In this document: one piece after another, positions 63,154 to 64,000 of the stretch | Numbering within the stretch: position 1 is the stretch's first letter | Layout of the letters: every line of letters begins with the position of its first letter | Assembly: GCA_964542985.1 (NCBI GenBank) | Contig: CAZIWH010000002.1 | Coordinates: forward strand, 3,674 to 67,673 | Reading direction: 5' to 3' | From: an uncultured Hyperthermus sp. | Lineage (GTDB): Archaea; Thermoproteota; Thermoprotei_A; Sulfolobales; Pyrodictiaceae | DNA length: 64,000 nucleotides | Notes under the pieces: generated by a model | What the model was told of the DNA's origin: nothing | Seen by the model: only the letters and a program-made list of their open reading frames with translations | Databases searched by the model: none | Position numbers and translations under genes: made by a program

Positions 63154-64000
63154 ATCGTGAAGCCCTCCGTGCCGTGGCGGTGAGGGTAGTAGCGCCTACA
63201 CGCTTTGACGGCCCTCCGGAGGTCTAGGTTGGCGTACTCCTCTACACCAGGGGAGGAGCCCGGGAGATGTGGTGGGTGTGGCTCCAGCCCAGCGTGCTCT
63301 ATCAGCTTGGCTGCTATGAACTCGTTCTCTTCTACGGACATCGTGCACGTCGAGTAGAGCAGTGTGCCTCCACTTCTCAGTGCCCTTGCTGCGGCTAGTG
63401 CTAGTTCGAGTTGGAGCCTGGCCCTATCTACTATGTCGTTGAAGCTGCGCGGCCAGCGGCCCCTTGGGAAGGGTATGAGGCCTTCACCGCTGCATGGCGC
63501 GTCTAGAAGTATCTTATCGAATGGACCGTAGTGTGAGAGATTGCGGGCGTCCTCGTGATAGGCGATTATGTTGTCCACAGCTAGCCTGCTCGCGTTGTTC
63601 TTAAGGGCTGCTAGTTTTCTTCGGTTCGCATCAAATGCCAGGATACTCGACTCCGGTGCGTGTTGTGCTATCTGTGTCGTCTTCACCCCGGCCCCGCTGC
63701 AAGCGTCGGCTATTCTGTCGCCGTTCGCGGGCTCCATTGCGGGTACGGCCATCATTGAGGCTGGTCCCTGTATCGTGTAGAGGCCTTGGAGGTATTCCTG
63801 GGCTGCGCCTGGCGAGAAGGGTGCATACTCTACGACGAGGCCATAGTCTATAAAGGGGTGTTTCTTTACGCGGAAGCCTTTGGCGCTTAGCCTCCGCGCC
63901 ACATGGTCGGAGCTCGTTATGAGTGTGTTCACCCTTATCGTCCTCATTATGTCCTTGGCTCTGGTTGAGAATAGCTCTTCGGCCTCCTCTCTGCCTAGGA
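63132..64000 (-). CDS. NOL1/NOP2/Sun family RNA m5C methyltransferase (third paralogue, Nop2-like); N-terminus lies beyond the right window edge
   Basis: …IRVNTL…, DACSGAGVKT, DAPCSGEG and YSTCT. The frame stays open upstream of the ATG at 63947 to the edge (…LGREEAEELFSTRAKDIMRTIRVNTL), so the track start is probably internal. Confidence 0.85.
   Translation of the reverse strand, partial: LGREEAEELFSTRAKDIMRTIRVNTLITSSDHVARRLSAKGFRVKKHPFIDYGLVVEYAPFSPGAAQEYLQGLYTIQGPASMMAVPAMEPANGDRIADACSGAGVKTTQIAQHAPESSILAFDANRRKLAALKNNASRLAVDNIIAYHEDARNLSHYGPFDKILLDAPCSGEGLIPFPRGRWPRSFNDIVDRARLQLELALAAARALRSGGTLLYSTCTMSVEENEFIAAKLIEHAGLEPHPPHLPGSSPGVEEYANLDLRRAVKACRRYYPHRHGTEGFTICRLRKP

Noticed and set aside
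1-64000. CRISPR arrays, transposases, integrases and other mobile-element hallmarks.
   Set aside because: I found no regularly spaced 25-40 nt direct repeats and no recognisable IS, integrase or cas genes other than the solo Cas4-like ORF. The gene content is core housekeeping.

Overview
This window is a densely packed core chromosomal segment of a high-GC hyperthermophilic crenarchaeon. The Desulfurococcales-like assignment rests on AGG/ATA/GAG-rich codon usage, a short-form XPF, separate Kae1 and Bud32 genes, AGOG, a TIP49/RuvBL homologue and a degenerate RecJ/Cdc45-like gene. I call about 69 protein genes. Two of them run off the window edges and are absent from, or truncated in, the ORF track: TFB at the left edge and a Nop2-like methyltransferase at the right edge. 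By eye I found no rRNA, tRNA, CRISPR array, integrase or transposase.

The centre (14.7-25.8 kb, + strand) is the conserved archaeal information-processing gene string: S6e, aIF2-gamma, Fcf1-like PIN, Rpo7, Spt4, DUF359 dephospho-CoA kinase, S24e, S27ae, Kae1, Bud32, HAM1, S15, RecJ/Cdc45-like, Pcc1, S3Ae and a THUMP-SPOUT protein. Other genes cover DNA repair and replication (XPF, AGOG, DNA ligase, Hel308), purine and proline metabolism (guaA, guaB, proC), proteases (rhomboid, TldD/PmbA, M24), an ABC importer without an ATPase gene, and three NOL1/NOP2/Sun paralogues, one of them in an operon with a Nip7 homologue.

I see no convincing multi-gene defence or mobile system. The best candidates for undescribed biology are:
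- a divergent pair of PP-loop (PAPS-reductase/DndC-like) paralogues that share a palindrome-bearing promoter region and sit next to Hel308;
- a solo Cas4-like protein that keeps its Cys cluster but appears to have lost the nuclease catalytic residues;
- a thymidylate-kinase homologue lacking the P-loop lysine;
- three unusually long, hairpin-rich GC intergenic regions that could hold unannotated ncRNAs.

All functional calls come from motif recognition by eye, and start codons are often ambiguous.
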